54,770 nucleotides of DNA from Bacillota bacterium. Lineage in GTDB: Bacteria; Bacillota; SHA-98; Ch115. The notes below the pieces were generated by a model, which searched no databases, had not been told where the DNA came from, and was given only the letters and a program-made list of their open reading frames with translations. The first letter of the stretch is position 1; every line of letters begins with the position of its first letter. Position numbers and translations under genes: made by a program. Positions 37,486 to 47,407 of this stretch are shown in pieces. The DNA is taken from assembly GCA_012842565.1 (NCBI GenBank), contig DUSO01000129.1, forward strand, positions 1 to 54,770. The letters run 5' to 3'.

Positions 37486-40188
37486 ATGCCAGCAGAAAAG
37501 AAGTACGTGTATTTCTTTGGCGGCGGCAAGGCAGAAGGTACTGCCGGGATGCGAAACCTCCTTGGAGGAAAGGGTGCCAACCTTGCGGAGATGACGAATC
37601 TAGGGGTGCCGGTGCCTCCTGGATATACCATCACTACGGAGGTGTGCACCATCTACTATGAGAACGGTGGCAAATACCCTGCCGAGGTTGAGCAGCAGAT
37701 AGAGGAGAACTTGCGCAAGCTCGAGCAAGTGATGGGCCAGAAGCTAGGGGACCCGGATAACCCGCTTTTGGTCTCCGTACGTTCAGGTGCCCGGGTCTCG
37801 ATGCCGGGCATGATGGACACCGTTCTCAATCTCGGGCTTAACGACGAGACGGTCAAGGGGCTCATCAAGAAAACCGGCAACGAACGTTTCGCATATGATG
37901 CTTACCGCCGGTTTATCCAGATGTTCGGCAGTGTAGTCCTCGGGCTGTCTCACGACGACTTTGAGGAGATAATCGAGGAGAAAAAGCGCGAGCTGGGCGT
38001 GAAACTGGATACCGAGCTTGACGCGGCTGCGCTTAAAGACCTGGTTGCCAAGTTCAAGGCAAAGGTCAAGGAGAAGAAGGGCATCGATTTCCCCGACGAC
38101 CCGAGGCAACAGCTCGATATGGCGCGTGACGCCGTATTCCGCTCATGGAATAATCCGAGGGCCATTACATACCGCAAGATCCACGGTATTCCCGCGGACT
38201 GGGGCACGGCGGTCAATGTCCAGGCAATGGTCTTTGGCAACATGGGTGATGACTCCGGGACAGGCGTTGCTTTCACCCGGGATCCGGCCACCGGCGAGAA
38301 GAAATACTATGGTGACTATCTCAGGAATGCCCAGGGCGAGGACGTCGTGGCGGGTATCAGGACCCCGAAGCCCATTGCCGAGCTCGAGAAGGAAATGCCC
38401 GAAGTATATAAGCAGCTCACAGATATTTTCGAGCGGCTCGAAAAGCACTATCGCGATGTCCAGGACGTGGAATTCACGATTCAGCAAGGCAAGCTCTTCA
38501 TGCTGCAGACCCGCAACGCAAAGCGCACCGCCCAGGCCGCGGTAAAGATAGCGTGCGATATGGTACGCGAGGGCATCATCTCTAAAGAAGAGGCCCTTCT
38601 CAGGGTCGAGCCGGCCCAGCTTGACCAGTTGCTCCATAAGAGGATCGACCCTCAGGCCAAGGTGAATGTGATTGCCAAGGGTGTCGCAGCATCCCCGGGC
38701 GCGGCGGTAGGTGCGGTTGTATTTACCGCGGACGAGGCAGCGGAGAAGGGTTCAAAGGGCGAGAAGGTCATACTGGTCCGCAAGGAGACCTCACCGGATG
38801 ACATCCATGGAATGGCTGTTTCACAGGGCATCCTGACCACACGGGGCGGCAAGACCAGCCATGCGGCCGTTGTCGCGAGGGGAATGGGCATCCCGTGCGT
38901 GTCGGGCTGTGAGGCCATTACCGTTAACGAGGCCGCGAAGCAGTTCACCGTGGGCGATACGGTCGTCAAGGAAGGAGACATCATCACCATCGACGGAACT
39001 GACGGCCGGGTTATCCTGGGAGCGGCCCCGCTGATCGACCCGACCATAGGAGGAGACTTCCAGACGCTCATGAGCTGGGCGGACGAGGTCCGGACCCTCG
39101 GGGTTAGGGCAAACGCCGATACCCCACATGATGCCAAGGTGGCACGTGAGTTTGGCGCGGGCGGCATTGGGCTTTGCAGGACCGAGCACATGTTCTTTGC
39201 CGAGGAGCGCGTGCCCATCGTCCAGCAAATGATCCTGGCTGAAACCACCGAGGCCCGCAAGGAGGCCTTAGATAAGCTGCTTCCCATGCAGAAATCGGAC
39301 TTCCGCGGAATACTCCGCGAGATGAATGGGCTTCCGGTGATCATTAGGCTGCTCGACCCTCCGCTTCATGAGTTCCTGCCTGCTCGCGAGCAACTCCTGG
39401 TGGAGGTTACCAAGCTCAAGATACAGGGCGGCTCTCCCGAGGAGTTGAAGAAAAAACAGGAACTCCTTGCCAGGGTGGATAAGCTGCACGAAATCAATCC
39501 CATGCTCGGACACCGCGGGTGTAGGCTCGGGATTACCTATCCTGAGATCACCGAGATGCAGGCGCGGGCCATCTTTGAGGCTGCATGCGAGTTGACCAAG
39601 GAGGGGTACACGATAATCCCCGAGGTCATGATCCCTGTGGTCGGGCATGTCAATGAGATCGCGATCGCGCGTGAGATCGTGGAGAGGGTGGCCAAAGAGG
39701 TCATCTCTTCATACGGGGTCAAGCTCGAATACAAGATCGGCACGATGATAGAGCTGCCGCGCGCGTGCATGACAGCCGACGAGATTGCGAGAGAAGCGGA
39801 ATTCTTCTCGTTCGGTACCAACGACCTCACCCAGACGACATTCGGCTTTAGTCGTGACGATGCGGAGGGTAAGTTCCTGCCCTACTACCTCGAGCATAAT
39901 ATCCTTGAGCATAACCCGTTCGAGATACTGGACAGGAAGGGCGTCGGGGCCCTCATCGAGATCGCCGTCGAAAAGGGCCGCAAGACGAGGCCGGATCTCG
40001 AGGTCGGCATCTGCGGCGAACATGGCGGTGAGCCCAGCTCCGTCGAGTTTTGCCACCTGGCCGGCCTGGACTATGTGAGCTGCTCGCCTTTCAGGGTGCC
40101 CATTGCAAGATTGGCGGCTGCCCAGGCTGAGCTCAGGCATCCCAGGCAGAGGAAAGAGGCCATAAAGACCGAATACTCCACCGTGTAG
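37486..40188 (+). CDS. ppdK: Pyruvate, phosphate dikinase
   Basis: GGKGANLAEM ATP-grasp N-terminus. Phosphohistidine loop TTRGGKTSHAAVVARGMG. PEP/pyruvate domain with GICGEHGG. The homologous N-terminus MPAEKKYVYFFG begins at ATG 37486. Confidence 0.93.
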   Translation: MPAEKKYVYFFGGGKAEGTAGMRNLLGGKGANLAEMTNLGVPVPPGYTITTEVCTIYYENGGKYPAEVEQQIEENLRKLEQVMGQKLGDPDNPLLVSVRSGARVSMPGMMDTVLNLGLNDETVKGLIKKTGNERFAYDAYRRFIQMFGSVVLGLSHDDFEEIIEEKKRELGVKLDTELDAAALKDLVAKFKAKVKEKKGIDFPDDPRQQLDMARDAVFRSWNNPRAITYRKIHGIPADWGTAVNVQAMVFGNMGDDSGTGVAFTRDPATGEKKYYGDYLRNAQGEDVVAGIRTPKPIAELEKEMPEVYKQLTDIFERLEKHYRDVQDVEFTIQQGKLFMLQTRNAKRTAQAAVKIACDMVREGIISKEEALLRVEPAQLDQLLHKRIDPQAKVNVIAKGVAASPGAAVGAVVFTADEAAEKGSKGEKVILVRKETSPDDIHGMAVSQGILTTRGGKTSHAAVVARGMGIPCVSGCEAITVNEAAKQFTVGDTVVKEGDIITIDGTDGRVILGAAPLIDPTIGGDFQTLMSWADEVRTLGVRANADTPHDAKVAREFGAGGIGLCRTEHMFFAEERVPIVQQMILAETTEARKEALDKLLPMQKSDFRGILREMNGLPVIIRLLDPPLHEFLPAREQLLVEVTKLKIQGGSPEELKKKQELLARVDKLHEINPMLGHRGCRLGITYPEITEMQARAIFEAACELTKEGYTIIPEVMIPVVGHVNEIAIAREIVERVAKEVISSYGVKLEYKIGTMIELPRACMTADEIAREAEFFSFGTNDLTQTTFGFSRDDAEGKFLPYYLEHNILEHNPFEILDRKGVGALIEIAVEKGRKTRPDLEVGICGEHGGEPSSVEFCHLAGLDYVSCSPFRVPIARLAAAQAELRHPRQRKEAIKTEYSTV

Positions 40189-40223
40189 GCGCGGGCGCCG
40201 GTGTGAAGAAATCGGTAATGGCA

Positions 40224-40254
40224 GGGGGCTGGGCCGGAAGAGGGCCAAGCCCCC
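40224..40254 (+). terminator. Hairpin downstream of ppdK (possible terminator)
   Basis: GGGGGCTGGGCC-ggaagag-GGCCAAGCCCCC with one internal mismatch, 36 nt after the stop. The trailing sequence TTGCTGCT is a poor U-tract. Confidence 0.35.
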
Positions 40255-40445
40255 TTGCTGCTAATGGGGCAGGATGCATGCTTCTCGGGTCGCCGTCTGG
40301 GGTATCGAAGCCAGTGGAGCGTTGGGGCGTTTCAGCATACATTATTGCATAATAGTCATAATATAGACCAAAGAGCGCGATCATTTTCGCTAGAAATGTT
40401 GCCCGCGAGGCAGGAGAAGAAGGCGGGCCGTCGAATATCAATATG

Positions 40446-40486
40446 GCCTCGCTTCTGTGGCCCGGCAAGGGGGAGCGAGGCTTTTG
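40446..40486 (+). terminator. Orphan terminator-like hairpin in the dnaG upstream region
   Basis: GCCTCGCT (40446-40453) pairs with AGCGAGGC (40474-40481) across a 20-nt loop, followed by TTTTG. No credible ORF lies upstream of it. Confidence 0.4.
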
Positions 40487-40604
40487 CAGCTAATCATGGC
40501 CGAGCCCCGGGACGGGAGGAAAAGAGCCTCCTGGTGCCGAATCCCTATAACACGAGTGTAGGGTCGCATGTAGTCTTGGCTTTGTGCAGTGAGGCGGGAA
40601 CCTA

Positions 40605-42590
40605 TTGACGCCATATTTTTCTGGAGAGGTCCTTGACACCATAAGGGCCAAAAATGATATAGTGGACGTCATATCCCAGTACATCCCGCTTACCCAGGCA
40701 GGCCGCAGTTATAAGGCGCTTTGCCCGTTCCATACTGAGCGAACCCCGTCCTTCACCGTCTCCCCCGAGCGCCAGCTGTTTCACTGTTTTGGCTGCGGGG
40801 CCGGCGGGGATGTGTTCAACTTCATAATGAGGATGGAGGGCCTGGGTTTCAGTGAGGCGGTTCAGTTTCTCGCACAAAGGGCGGGCGTGCGCCTGGAAGG
40901 CTCTGGCGGTGTCCAGGGAGCGGGGTACGACAACGACCGGGAGTTGATACTCAAGGCTAACGAGCTCGCGGCCACATTTTTTAGCCAAAAGCTACTGCAC
41001 GGGGCACCCGGGAGGGAAGCCCTGGATTACCTCAAGTCGCGCGGCATATCCGATGAGACTATCGAGAGATTTCGACTCGGCTACTCCTTGCCGGAATGGG
41101 ATTCCCTCGCAAAACATCTGGAGAAGTCGGGCATCCCGCCTGATGTTGCCTCACGGGCGGGGCTGCTTGTCCGGCGGAGAGAGGGGGCCGGGTTTTATGA
41201 CAGATTTCGTGGCAGGGTAATGTTCAGCATAATGGACCGGCGAGGGCGTGTCATAGGCTTTGGCGGTCGCGTTCTCGACGATTCGACACCAAAGTACATC
41301 AATTCGTCTGACTCGCCGGTTTTCAATAAACGCCACAACCTGTACGGTTTGAATTTCGCGCTTCCCGCCATGGCGAGGTCGGGGCGTGCAGTGCTGGTGG
41401 AGGGGTATACCGACGTCCTTGCGGCCCACCAGGCCGGGTTCGACTACACGGTTGCTTCCCTGGGCACGGCGCTCACCGCCGAACAGGTGCGGCTCTTGGC
41501 GGGGGCGGCGCGGGAAGTGATCCTGGCATACGATGCTGACACAGCAGGCACGGCCGCTACCCTTCGAGGACTGGAGTTACTCCTACAGAGCGGTTTATCT
41601 GTGAGGGTGGCGGGGTTGCCGCGCGGGATGGACCCGGATGAGCTTATCCGCATCAAGGGGCGGGATGCATTCGGCGATTCGCTCGACAGGGCCTTGGGCC
41701 TCGTTGAATACCGGCTCAGGCTGGCGCGGGAGGCACGGGATCCGTCTACCACCGAGGGACGGGTAGGTATTGCAAGGGAGATGGTCCCGGTTCTTGCCTC
41801 CATCGGGGGAACGGTGGCGCAGCGTGAATATGTGTCCATGGTGGCCCTGGAGTTGGGGCTGCCCGACGACGCCATATGGGATGAAATCGAGAGGTATCGA
41901 AGAAGGCACATACCAGAGAGACGTGGTCCGGGCGGCCGCATGTCAGAGGTGCGCTGGCCGGGTGCCCGGGCCGGTCGGGTGCAAGTCGATCCTGTAAAGG
42001 ATAAATCTGGAGAAAAAGGGCATAATATGCCTGCGGGCACGGTACGAGATAGAGCCTACCTGCAGGCGGAGAGAAACCTCCTACACCTTGCCGTTGAAGA
42101 TACAAAGGTGCTCGCCCGTGTGCTGGATGAGATGAAGCCTGAGAGCTTTCTTCACCCGGGGCACCGGGACATATATTGTGCCATTGTCAAGGCGGCGCAG
42201 GATTTAGGTATCGCTCCCGGCGGGCGGGCAATACCCGGCTTCGCCGCAAAGGTCCTGGAGCACCTGGGGGATGGCCCGGCCAGGGAGCTTGCACTCGAGG
42301 TCTTTTCTACCGACCTGCCGGACGAAGATCCCGGTATAATCCAAAGGGTGACCGAGGACTGTATCGGACTCATTAGAGAGCGGAGGCTGAGGGCCGAGAT
42401 CTCGTCGATCGAGGCCAAGATGCGTGAGGCGGAAAAGAAGGAGGAGACTGCGACATCAAGAGAACTCTTGTTGAGACTACAGCAATTGACGGAAATGCTT
42501 GGCCGCCAGCTGGCTCTGCGCGGCCAGCCCAGGGAAAGGGGGGAGAATGGTGGCGAAGGAACCGGAGCCCAAGGTGCCAGAGGTAAATGA
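40605..42590 (+). CDS. dnaG: DNA primase
   Basis: Zinc-binding domain [36 protein letters not shown] block VLVEGYTDV...[13 protein letters not shown] start. Confidence 0.92.
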   Translation: MTPYFSGEVLDTIRAKNDIVDVISQYIPLTQAGRSYKALCPFHTERTPSFTVSPERQLFHCFGCGAGGDVFNFIMRMEGLGFSEAVQFLAQRAGVRLEGSGGVQGAGYDNDRELILKANELAATFFSQKLLHGAPGREALDYLKSRGISDETIERFRLGYSLPEWDSLAKHLEKSGIPPDVASRAGLLVRRREGAGFYDRFRGRVMFSIMDRRGRVIGFGGRVLDDSTPKYINSSDSPVFNKRHNLYGLNFALPAMARSGRAVLVEGYTDVLAAHQAGFDYTVASLGTALTAEQVRLLAGAAREVILAYDADTAGTAATLRGLELLLQSGLSVRVAGLPRGMDPDELIRIKGRDAFGDSLDRALGLVEYRLRLAREARDPSTTEGRVGIAREMVPVLASIGGTVAQREYVSMVALELGLPDDAIWDEIERYRRRHIPERRGPGGRMSEVRWPGARAGRVQVDPVKDKSGEKGHNMPAGTVRDRAYLQAERNLLHLAVEDTKVLARVLDEMKPESFLHPGHRDIYCAIVKAAQDLGIAPGGRAIPGFAAKVLEHLGDGPARELALEVFSTDLPDEDPGIIQRVTEDCIGLIRERRLRAEISSIEAKMREAEKKEETATSRELLLRLQQLTEMLGRQLALRGQPRERGENGGEGTGAQGARGK

Positions 42591-43659
42591 GTTGATAGAG
42601 CTCGGCAAGAAGAAGGGGAGTCTCACCTACAGGGAGGTAATAGATGCACTTCACAAGGTGGACTTGACCCCGGAACAGATAGACGGCGTCTATGAGATCC
42701 TGGCCCGGAACGGCATAGACGTGGTCCCCGAGCCGGGCGAGCCTGACGCAGCCGAGATCGAGGCCCTCGAGCGCCATGATGGTGAAACGCAGGACCTGGG
42801 CGAGGTCGACCTTTCCGTTCCGGAAGGCATCGCCACTGACGATCCCGTAAGGATGTACCTCAAGGAGATCGGAAGGGTCCCCCTTTTGACGCCGGCGGAA
42901 GAGATAGAGCTGGCAAAGCGCATAGAAAAGGGCGACGAAGAAGCCAAACGCAAGCTGGCCGAGGCGAACCTGAGGCTCGTCGTGAGCATAGCCAAGCGGT
43001 ATGTTGGGCGCGGGATGCTGTTTTTGGACCTAATTCAAGAGGGTAACCTGGGGCTCATAAAGGCCGTAGAGAAATTTGATTACCGCAAGGGTTATAAGTT
43101 TAGCACCTATGCCACCTGGTGGATAAGGCAGGCGATTACCCGCGCTATAGCGGACCAGGCGCGAACGATAAGGATACCCGTCCACATGGTAGAGACCATA
43201 AACAAGCTCGTTCGTGTTCAGAGGCAGCTCTTGCAGGAACTCGGGCGCGACCCCACCCCCGACGAAATCGCAGAGGAGATGGGGATGAGTGTCGAGAGGG
43301 TGCGGGAGATAATGAAGGTGGCACAGGAGCCGGTATCACTCGAGACGCCGATAGGTGAGGAAGAAGATAGTCACCTGGGCGATTTCATAGAGGACGAAGA
43401 TGCCCCGGCCCCGGCTGAAGCCGCATCACACATGTTGTTGAGAGAGCAGCTCGAGGATGTGCTGGATAGCCTTACGCCGAGAGAGGAGAGGGTGCTGCGC
43501 CTCAGGTTTGGGCTCGACGATGGCAGGTCCAGGACTCTGGAAGAGGTGGGCCAGGTGTTTGGCGTCACCAGGGAGAGAATCCGGCAGATCGAGGCCAAGG
43601 CGCTCAGAAAATTGCGTCACCCAAGCAGGAGCAAGAAGCTAAAGGACTTTCTCGAGTGA
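42547..43659 (+). CDS. sigA: Primary RNA polymerase sigma factor (SigA/RpoD)
   Basis: Region 2 [27 protein letters not shown]. Region 4.2 [33 protein letters not shown] 42547 follows GGGGGGAG and overlaps the dnaG 3' end by 44 nt. Confidence 0.95.
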   Translation: MVAKEPEPKVPEVNELIELGKKKGSLTYREVIDALHKVDLTPEQIDGVYEILARNGIDVVPEPGEPDAAEIEALERHDGETQDLGEVDLSVPEGIATDDPVRMYLKEIGRVPLLTPAEEIELAKRIEKGDEEAKRKLAEANLRLVVSIAKRYVGRGMLFLDLIQEGNLGLIKAVEKFDYRKGYKFSTYATWWIRQAITRAIADQARTIRIPVHMVETINKLVRVQRQLLQELGRDPTPDEIAEEMGMSVERVREIMKVAQEPVSLETPIGEEEDSHLGDFIEDEDAPAPAEAASHMLLREQLEDVLDSLTPREERVLRLRFGLDDGRSRTLEEVGQVFGVTRERIRQIEAKALRKLRHPSRSKKLKDFLE

Positions 43660-43690
43660 ATATGCCGCCAAAATTTGCGGTCGGGATCTA

Positions 43691-43719
43691 TTGACTCGCT
43701 GTCCTCATAGGCGTATAAT
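43691..43719 (+). promoter_or_regulatory. Consensus sigma-A promoter for the tRNA pair
   Basis: TTGACT (43691-43696), a 17-nt spacer, then TATAAT (43714-43719), 20 nt before tRNA-Asn. Confidence 0.7.
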
Positions 43720-43738
43720 ACAAAATGTAATGTTGAGT

Positions 43739-43813
43739 TCCCTGGTAGCTCAATGGTAGAGCAACCGGCTGTTAACCGGTAGGTTGCAGGTTCGAGACCT
43801 GCCCAGGGAGCCA
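43739..43813 (+). tRNA. tRNA-Asn (GTT), CCA encoded
   Basis: Hand-folded cloverleaf. Acceptor TCCCTGG/CCAGGGA, anticodon stem ACCGG/CCGGT, loop CTGTTAA, T-arm GCAGG-TTCGAGA-CCTGC, discriminator G, then CCA. Confidence 0.9.
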
Positions 43814-43819
43814 TTTTTC

Positions 43820-43894
43820 GGGCCCATAGCTCAGCGGTAGAGCGGCCGGCTCATAACCGGTTGGTCCCTGGTTCGAATCCGGGTGGGCCCACCA
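43820..43894 (+). tRNA. tRNA with CAT anticodon (elongator Met, or Ile2 if lysidine-modified), CCA encoded
   Basis: Acceptor GGGCCCA/TGGGCCC with a G1-C72 pair, so it is not an initiator. Anticodon loop CTCATAA. T-arm CCTGG-TTCGAAT-CCGGG. Discriminator A, then CCA. Confidence 0.85.
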
Positions 43895-43902
43895 TGAGTA
43901 GC

Positions 43903-43947
43903 TGCGCGAAGGACGCCGTCTTTGGTTCCCGCGCATTTTTGTTTTTC
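43903..43947 (+). terminator. Intrinsic terminator after the tRNA pair
   Basis: TGCGCG/CGCGCA is stacked on AAGGAC-gcc-GTCTTT with a 3'-side bulge, followed by TTTTTGTTTTT. Confidence 0.6.
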
Positions 43948-44117
43948 CCTTGACTATTGTCTATATCCTTGCCCCCTGTATATCCGATCGTCTCACGGGG
44001 TCTGGGGATGTGGGTAAATGTACGAAAATTTCAGCGCGTCTGGCTTGTGCGAGAGGAATACCCCGGCCTTCGCAGAATATATGTTACTAATGGCCCGGAA
44101 TCCCAGGCTCAACTCGC

Positions 44118-44489
44118 ATGAACGTCCCGGGCAATACTAGCGTGGCAAGGGGGAAGATCGGGTTGCCAGAGCCAGGAACGTCGGTACCAAAGACCGAAGA
44201 TCAGATTGTGGAGGAAGGTAAGGTCTGGGCTGCGATAAGCTATATCTGGATACTCTGGATTGTGACTTTCATTACGCAGAGAGAGAACAAGTTTGCAGTA
44301 TTTCACGCAAAGCAGGCACTCTTGCTCTTTATTGCAAGCATCATAGCGTGGGTCATCCCGGTGATCGGCTGGTTTGTCTTGACGCCCATCATCGCCATTC
44401 TCGCGATCGTTGGCATCATTCAGTCTCTCATGGGGCGCTACTGGAGGATTCCGTTGATAGCCGACCTGGCTGACAAGATAAAGATATAG
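44118..44489 (+). CDS. Small membrane protein, DUF4870-like
   Basis: 123 aa with two or three TM helices. The block VWAAISYIWILWIVTFITQRENKFAVFHAKQALLLF resembles the DUF4870 pattern (..s.Fv.fHakQal). Confidence 0.5.
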   Translation: MNVPGNTSVARGKIGLPEPGTSVPKTEDQIVEEGKVWAAISYIWILWIVTFITQRENKFAVFHAKQALLLFIASIIAWVIPVIGWFVLTPIIAILAIVGIIQSLMGRYWRIPLIADLADKIKI

Positions 44490-44663
44490 GGGTTTGCTTC
44501 TGGCCTGGCGACCTTGTCGAACCTAGTTTCGGCAGGGTCGCAGTCTTCTTATGCTCGCATAGCTTTGTTCCGGAGAGAGGAACTTTTCGCGAAGTGCAGA
44601 ATACTATGTCAGAAGGTAGCCCCATCCTGGTAGCTACACATGGGCTTGAGCGGGGGAACGGGC

Positions 44664-44846
44664 ATGACACGTAAGTGCGAGATTTGCGGGAGGGTAATCC
44701 CGAAAGAAAGACTCGACATACTGCCGGGGACCAAGCGATGCGTCGAATGCGCCCAAAAGAACGGCACCGATGTCCAAGCCAGGCGCACAGAGGTAGGAAT
44801 GGACATTGATACCTACAGGGATCTGCTAGGCGCTATAAGAAGCTAG
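44664..44846 (+). CDS. TraR/DksA-family C4 zinc-finger protein (60 aa)
   Basis: MTRKCEICGRVIPKERLDILPGTKRCVECAQ has CxxC-N17-CxxC spacing. GGGGGAACGGG lies upstream of ATG 44664. Confidence 0.65.
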   Translation: MTRKCEICGRVIPKERLDILPGTKRCVECAQKNGTDVQARRTEVGMDIDTYRDLLGAIRS

Positions 44847-44889
44847 ATGTGGGCGTAGTTCGCCATCGGGGTCGCCATCCAGCTGCCGG

Positions 44890-44918
44890 TTGACACTTAA
44901 ATGACGGGGTATTATAAT
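44890..44918 (+). promoter_or_regulatory. Consensus sigma-A promoter for rnpB
   Basis: TTGACA (44890-44895), a 17-nt spacer, then TATAAT (44913-44918). Both hexamers are perfect. Confidence 0.75.
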
Positions 44919-44974
44919 TCTACTTGCGGCTGCGCTATCGAGCCGCGTAATATATGACGTCACAACTTGCAGGT

Positions 44975-45328
<354 letters not shown>

Positions 45329-45334
45329 GCTTAT

Positions 45335-45372
45335 AGCGGGGGGATATATGTGCATTCCCCTGCTAATTTTTT
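45335..45372 (+). terminator. Intrinsic terminator after rnpB
   Basis: 11-bp stem AGCGGGGGGAT / ATTCCCCTGCT (two G-U pairs) with an 8-nt loop, followed by AATTTTTT. Confidence 0.7.
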
Positions 45373-45831
45373 GCGACTGAAAGAAGGAATTCTGGTCTGG
45401 CATGACGAACTAATAAGTAAATGGCCGGTGGGGAACATGGTTTTATAATATGAAACATCGCTGCTCGCCTGGTCTTCACTTTAGCTAGTATACCCGCTTT
45501 TTACATTGCTTGCCTCAAACCCATACCAGGATCGCCATAAACTTCCAGGGTTATTATCATATACTCGCATCTGTCGTCCCGGCTGCATTCGCACTCGAGT
45601 TTCAAAGTAAGCCAACCGTCCTGTAATCCCCAGTTAACTGTCCACCTGTGGCCATTTGTATGTGGCGGTTTTATCTGTACATGGCGGGTCCACGACGTCC
45701 CCGGCGCATCCCGGGGCAGGCCCTGATACTGCGCCGGAAGGAGGGATTAAGTGTCCTGCGCAGGGGCGACTCCTCTGTCGCGCCTGGGACCGTGAGATGG
45801 CAACCCAACAAAAGGGATCGGAGGGTGGAAT

Positions 45832-47307
45832 ATGCGGCGTGGTCTTGTGTTATCCGTGTTCTTCGCCCTAACGATCGTTCTCGCTTTTAGCCTACCTTTC
45901 GGCGCAAGTGGTTCGACCAAGAAGTTCCAGGGGGTACAACTCACCCTGGCCGGAGAATCGGGCCTTACCATCAATCCCATGAAGTGGCACCGCGGTGAGT
46001 GGGGAGAGATGACGGGGGCCAACATCAACATAGTCGAGCACCCCTTTGCCAGCCTGTTTGAGAAGATAATGACCTCCTTTGTTACCGGAACGGCAGCCTA
46101 CGATATAATCGTCTACCCGTCGGCCTGGTCTGGAGATATCATGGGGGGCGGGTACGTGCTGCCGCTCACCAAGTACCTCAAGGATAATCCTGATTGGGAC
46201 GATATCCTGCCTCTCTATCGCGAGAGAATTGCGGCCTGGGGCAACACGGTCTACGCCTTCCCGCTGGATGGCGACTCCCACATGCTCTACTACCGCAAGG
46301 ACCTGATCGAAAACCCGAAGTATAAGGCGGACTTCAAGAAGAAATATGGGTATGACCTCCAGCCGCCCAAGACGTGGAAGATGTATAAGGACATAGCGGA
46401 ATTCTTCACCGGGTGGGACTGGGATGGCGATGGCAAGCCCAATTACGGGGTCGTCGAGTCCATGGCGCGCGGCGGCCAATCCTACTGGTGGTTTTTCTCT
46501 CACAGCGCAGCGTATGTGGCGATCCCCGGCCAGGTCTCCCTCTTCTTCGACCCGGACAACATGAAGCCGCTCATAAACAGCCCGGGCCATGTACAGGGAC
46601 TCCAGGACTATGTGGACATGGTGAAATATGGGCCTCCGGGAATGCTCAACTACCAGGTGGGCGACGTGAGGTCGGAGTACCCGCTGGGCACGGCAGCCCT
46701 GGCCATAGACTGGGGCGACGTTGGGACGATGGCCAATGACCCCAAGCTGTCCAAGGTGGTGGGGAAGGTAGGATATCTCCCGTTACCCGGGTCCACCAGG
46801 GTATGGAACCGCAAGACGGGCAAGTGGGAGGACTTCCCCGAGATCAACTATGCACCATATATTGCGTTTGGCGGGTGGGTTGCATCTATAACCAAGACCT
46901 GCAAGAACCCGGATGCGGCTTATGATTTCCTGAGATATCTCAACAGCCCCGCAGTGAGCCTCAAAGACGTCACTACGGGCGGGTCGGGCTTCAACCCCTA
47001 CCGCAAGTCCCACTTCGAGGCCGTCCAGCGGTGGAGGGAATTTGGTTTTCCCAACCCGGAGGAATATCTGCAGGCGATAAGGTTTACAATCGAACATCCA
47101 AACGCCCAGCTCGACCTACGGATACCCGGGGCCGCAGAATACTTCGAGGTGCTGGACCTCAATCTCTCCAGAGCGCTTTCCAAGGAGGTTACGCCCAAGC
47201 AGGCCCTGGACGCCGTCTATCAGGAGTGGGAGAAGATCACCAACAAGCTCGGGAGAGAGAAACAGCTGCGTTACTATCGGGAGTCTCTAGGACTACCTCC
47301 CAAATAA
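45832..47307 (+). CDS. ABC transporter extracellular solute-binding protein (carbohydrate family 1)
   Basis: 491 aa. Signal peptide MRRGLVLSVFFALTIVLAFSLPFGASGS has no Cys. Composition is typical of sugar binding proteins (aromatic-rich, W/Y/D/G). GGAGGGTGG lies upstream of the ATG. It is followed by two MalF/MalG-type permeases. Confidence 0.8.
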   Translation: MRRGLVLSVFFALTIVLAFSLPFGASGSTKKFQGVQLTLAGESGLTINPMKWHRGEWGEMTGANINIVEHPFASLFEKIMTSFVTGTAAYDIIVYPSAWSGDIMGGGYVLPLTKYLKDNPDWDDILPLYRERIAAWGNTVYAFPLDGDSHMLYYRKDLIENPKYKADFKKKYGYDLQPPKTWKMYKDIAEFFTGWDWDGDGKPNYGVVESMARGGQSYWWFFSHSAAYVAIPGQVSLFFDPDNMKPLINSPGHVQGLQDYVDMVKYGPPGMLNYQVGDVRSEYPLGTAALAIDWGDVGTMANDPKLSKVVGKVGYLPLPGSTRVWNRKTGKWEDFPEINYAPYIAFGGWVASITKTCKNPDAAYDFLRYLNSPAVSLKDVTTGGSGFNPYRKSHFEAVQRWREFGFPNPEEYLQAIRFTIEHPNAQLDLRIPGAAEYFEVLDLNLSRALSKEVTPKQALDAVYQEWEKITNKLGREKQLRYYRESLGLPPK

Positions 47308-47360
47308 ATGCATATGTATTTTTTAGAGGAAAGGGTTCGGTAGTCGCACAGGCGCCTCCC

Positions 47361-47382
47361 GGGGAGGGGCAAAACCCTCCCC
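47361..47382 (+). other. Intercistronic GC hairpin after the binding-protein gene
   Basis: GGGGAGGG-gcaaaa-CCCTCCCC is a perfect 8-bp stem with no U-tract. It overlaps the near-palindrome CCTCCCGGGGAGG. Confidence 0.6.
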
Positions 47383-47407
47383 GGGATAAGCTAGGTGATA
47401 AGGCAAG

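Noticed and set aside
38652-39344. 230-aa minus-strand ORF and several others (37783-38109, 38143-38637, 39709-40248) inside ppdK
   Set aside because: The PPDK frame is continuous and motif-rich, so these are antisense shadows.
40133-40988. ORFs 40133-40468 (-), 40255-40608 (+) and 40602-40988 (-) around the dnaG upstream region
   Set aside because: Low-complexity Pro/Ala/Arg-rich products. One is antisense to the dnaG zinc-finger region. None has an SD or recognisable domain.
43820-43894. tRNA(CAT) considered as initiator tRNA-fMet
   Set aside because: It has a normal G1-C72 pair and lacks the three consecutive G-C pairs at the bottom of the anticodon stem, so it is an elongator Met or Ile2 type.
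45500-45700. Stop-free minus-strand frame (...VNWGLQDGWLTLKLECECSRDDRCEYMIITLEVYGDPGMGLRQAM) as a small gene
   Set aside because: No usable start codon with an SD gives more than about 34 aa, and no motif is present. It is kept only as a possible gene remnant in the spacer finding.
45892-46590. 232-aa minus-strand ORF antisense to the sugar-binding protein gene
   Set aside because: The plus frame has a signal peptide, an SD and binding-protein composition. The antisense product is Arg/Leu/Gly-rich.
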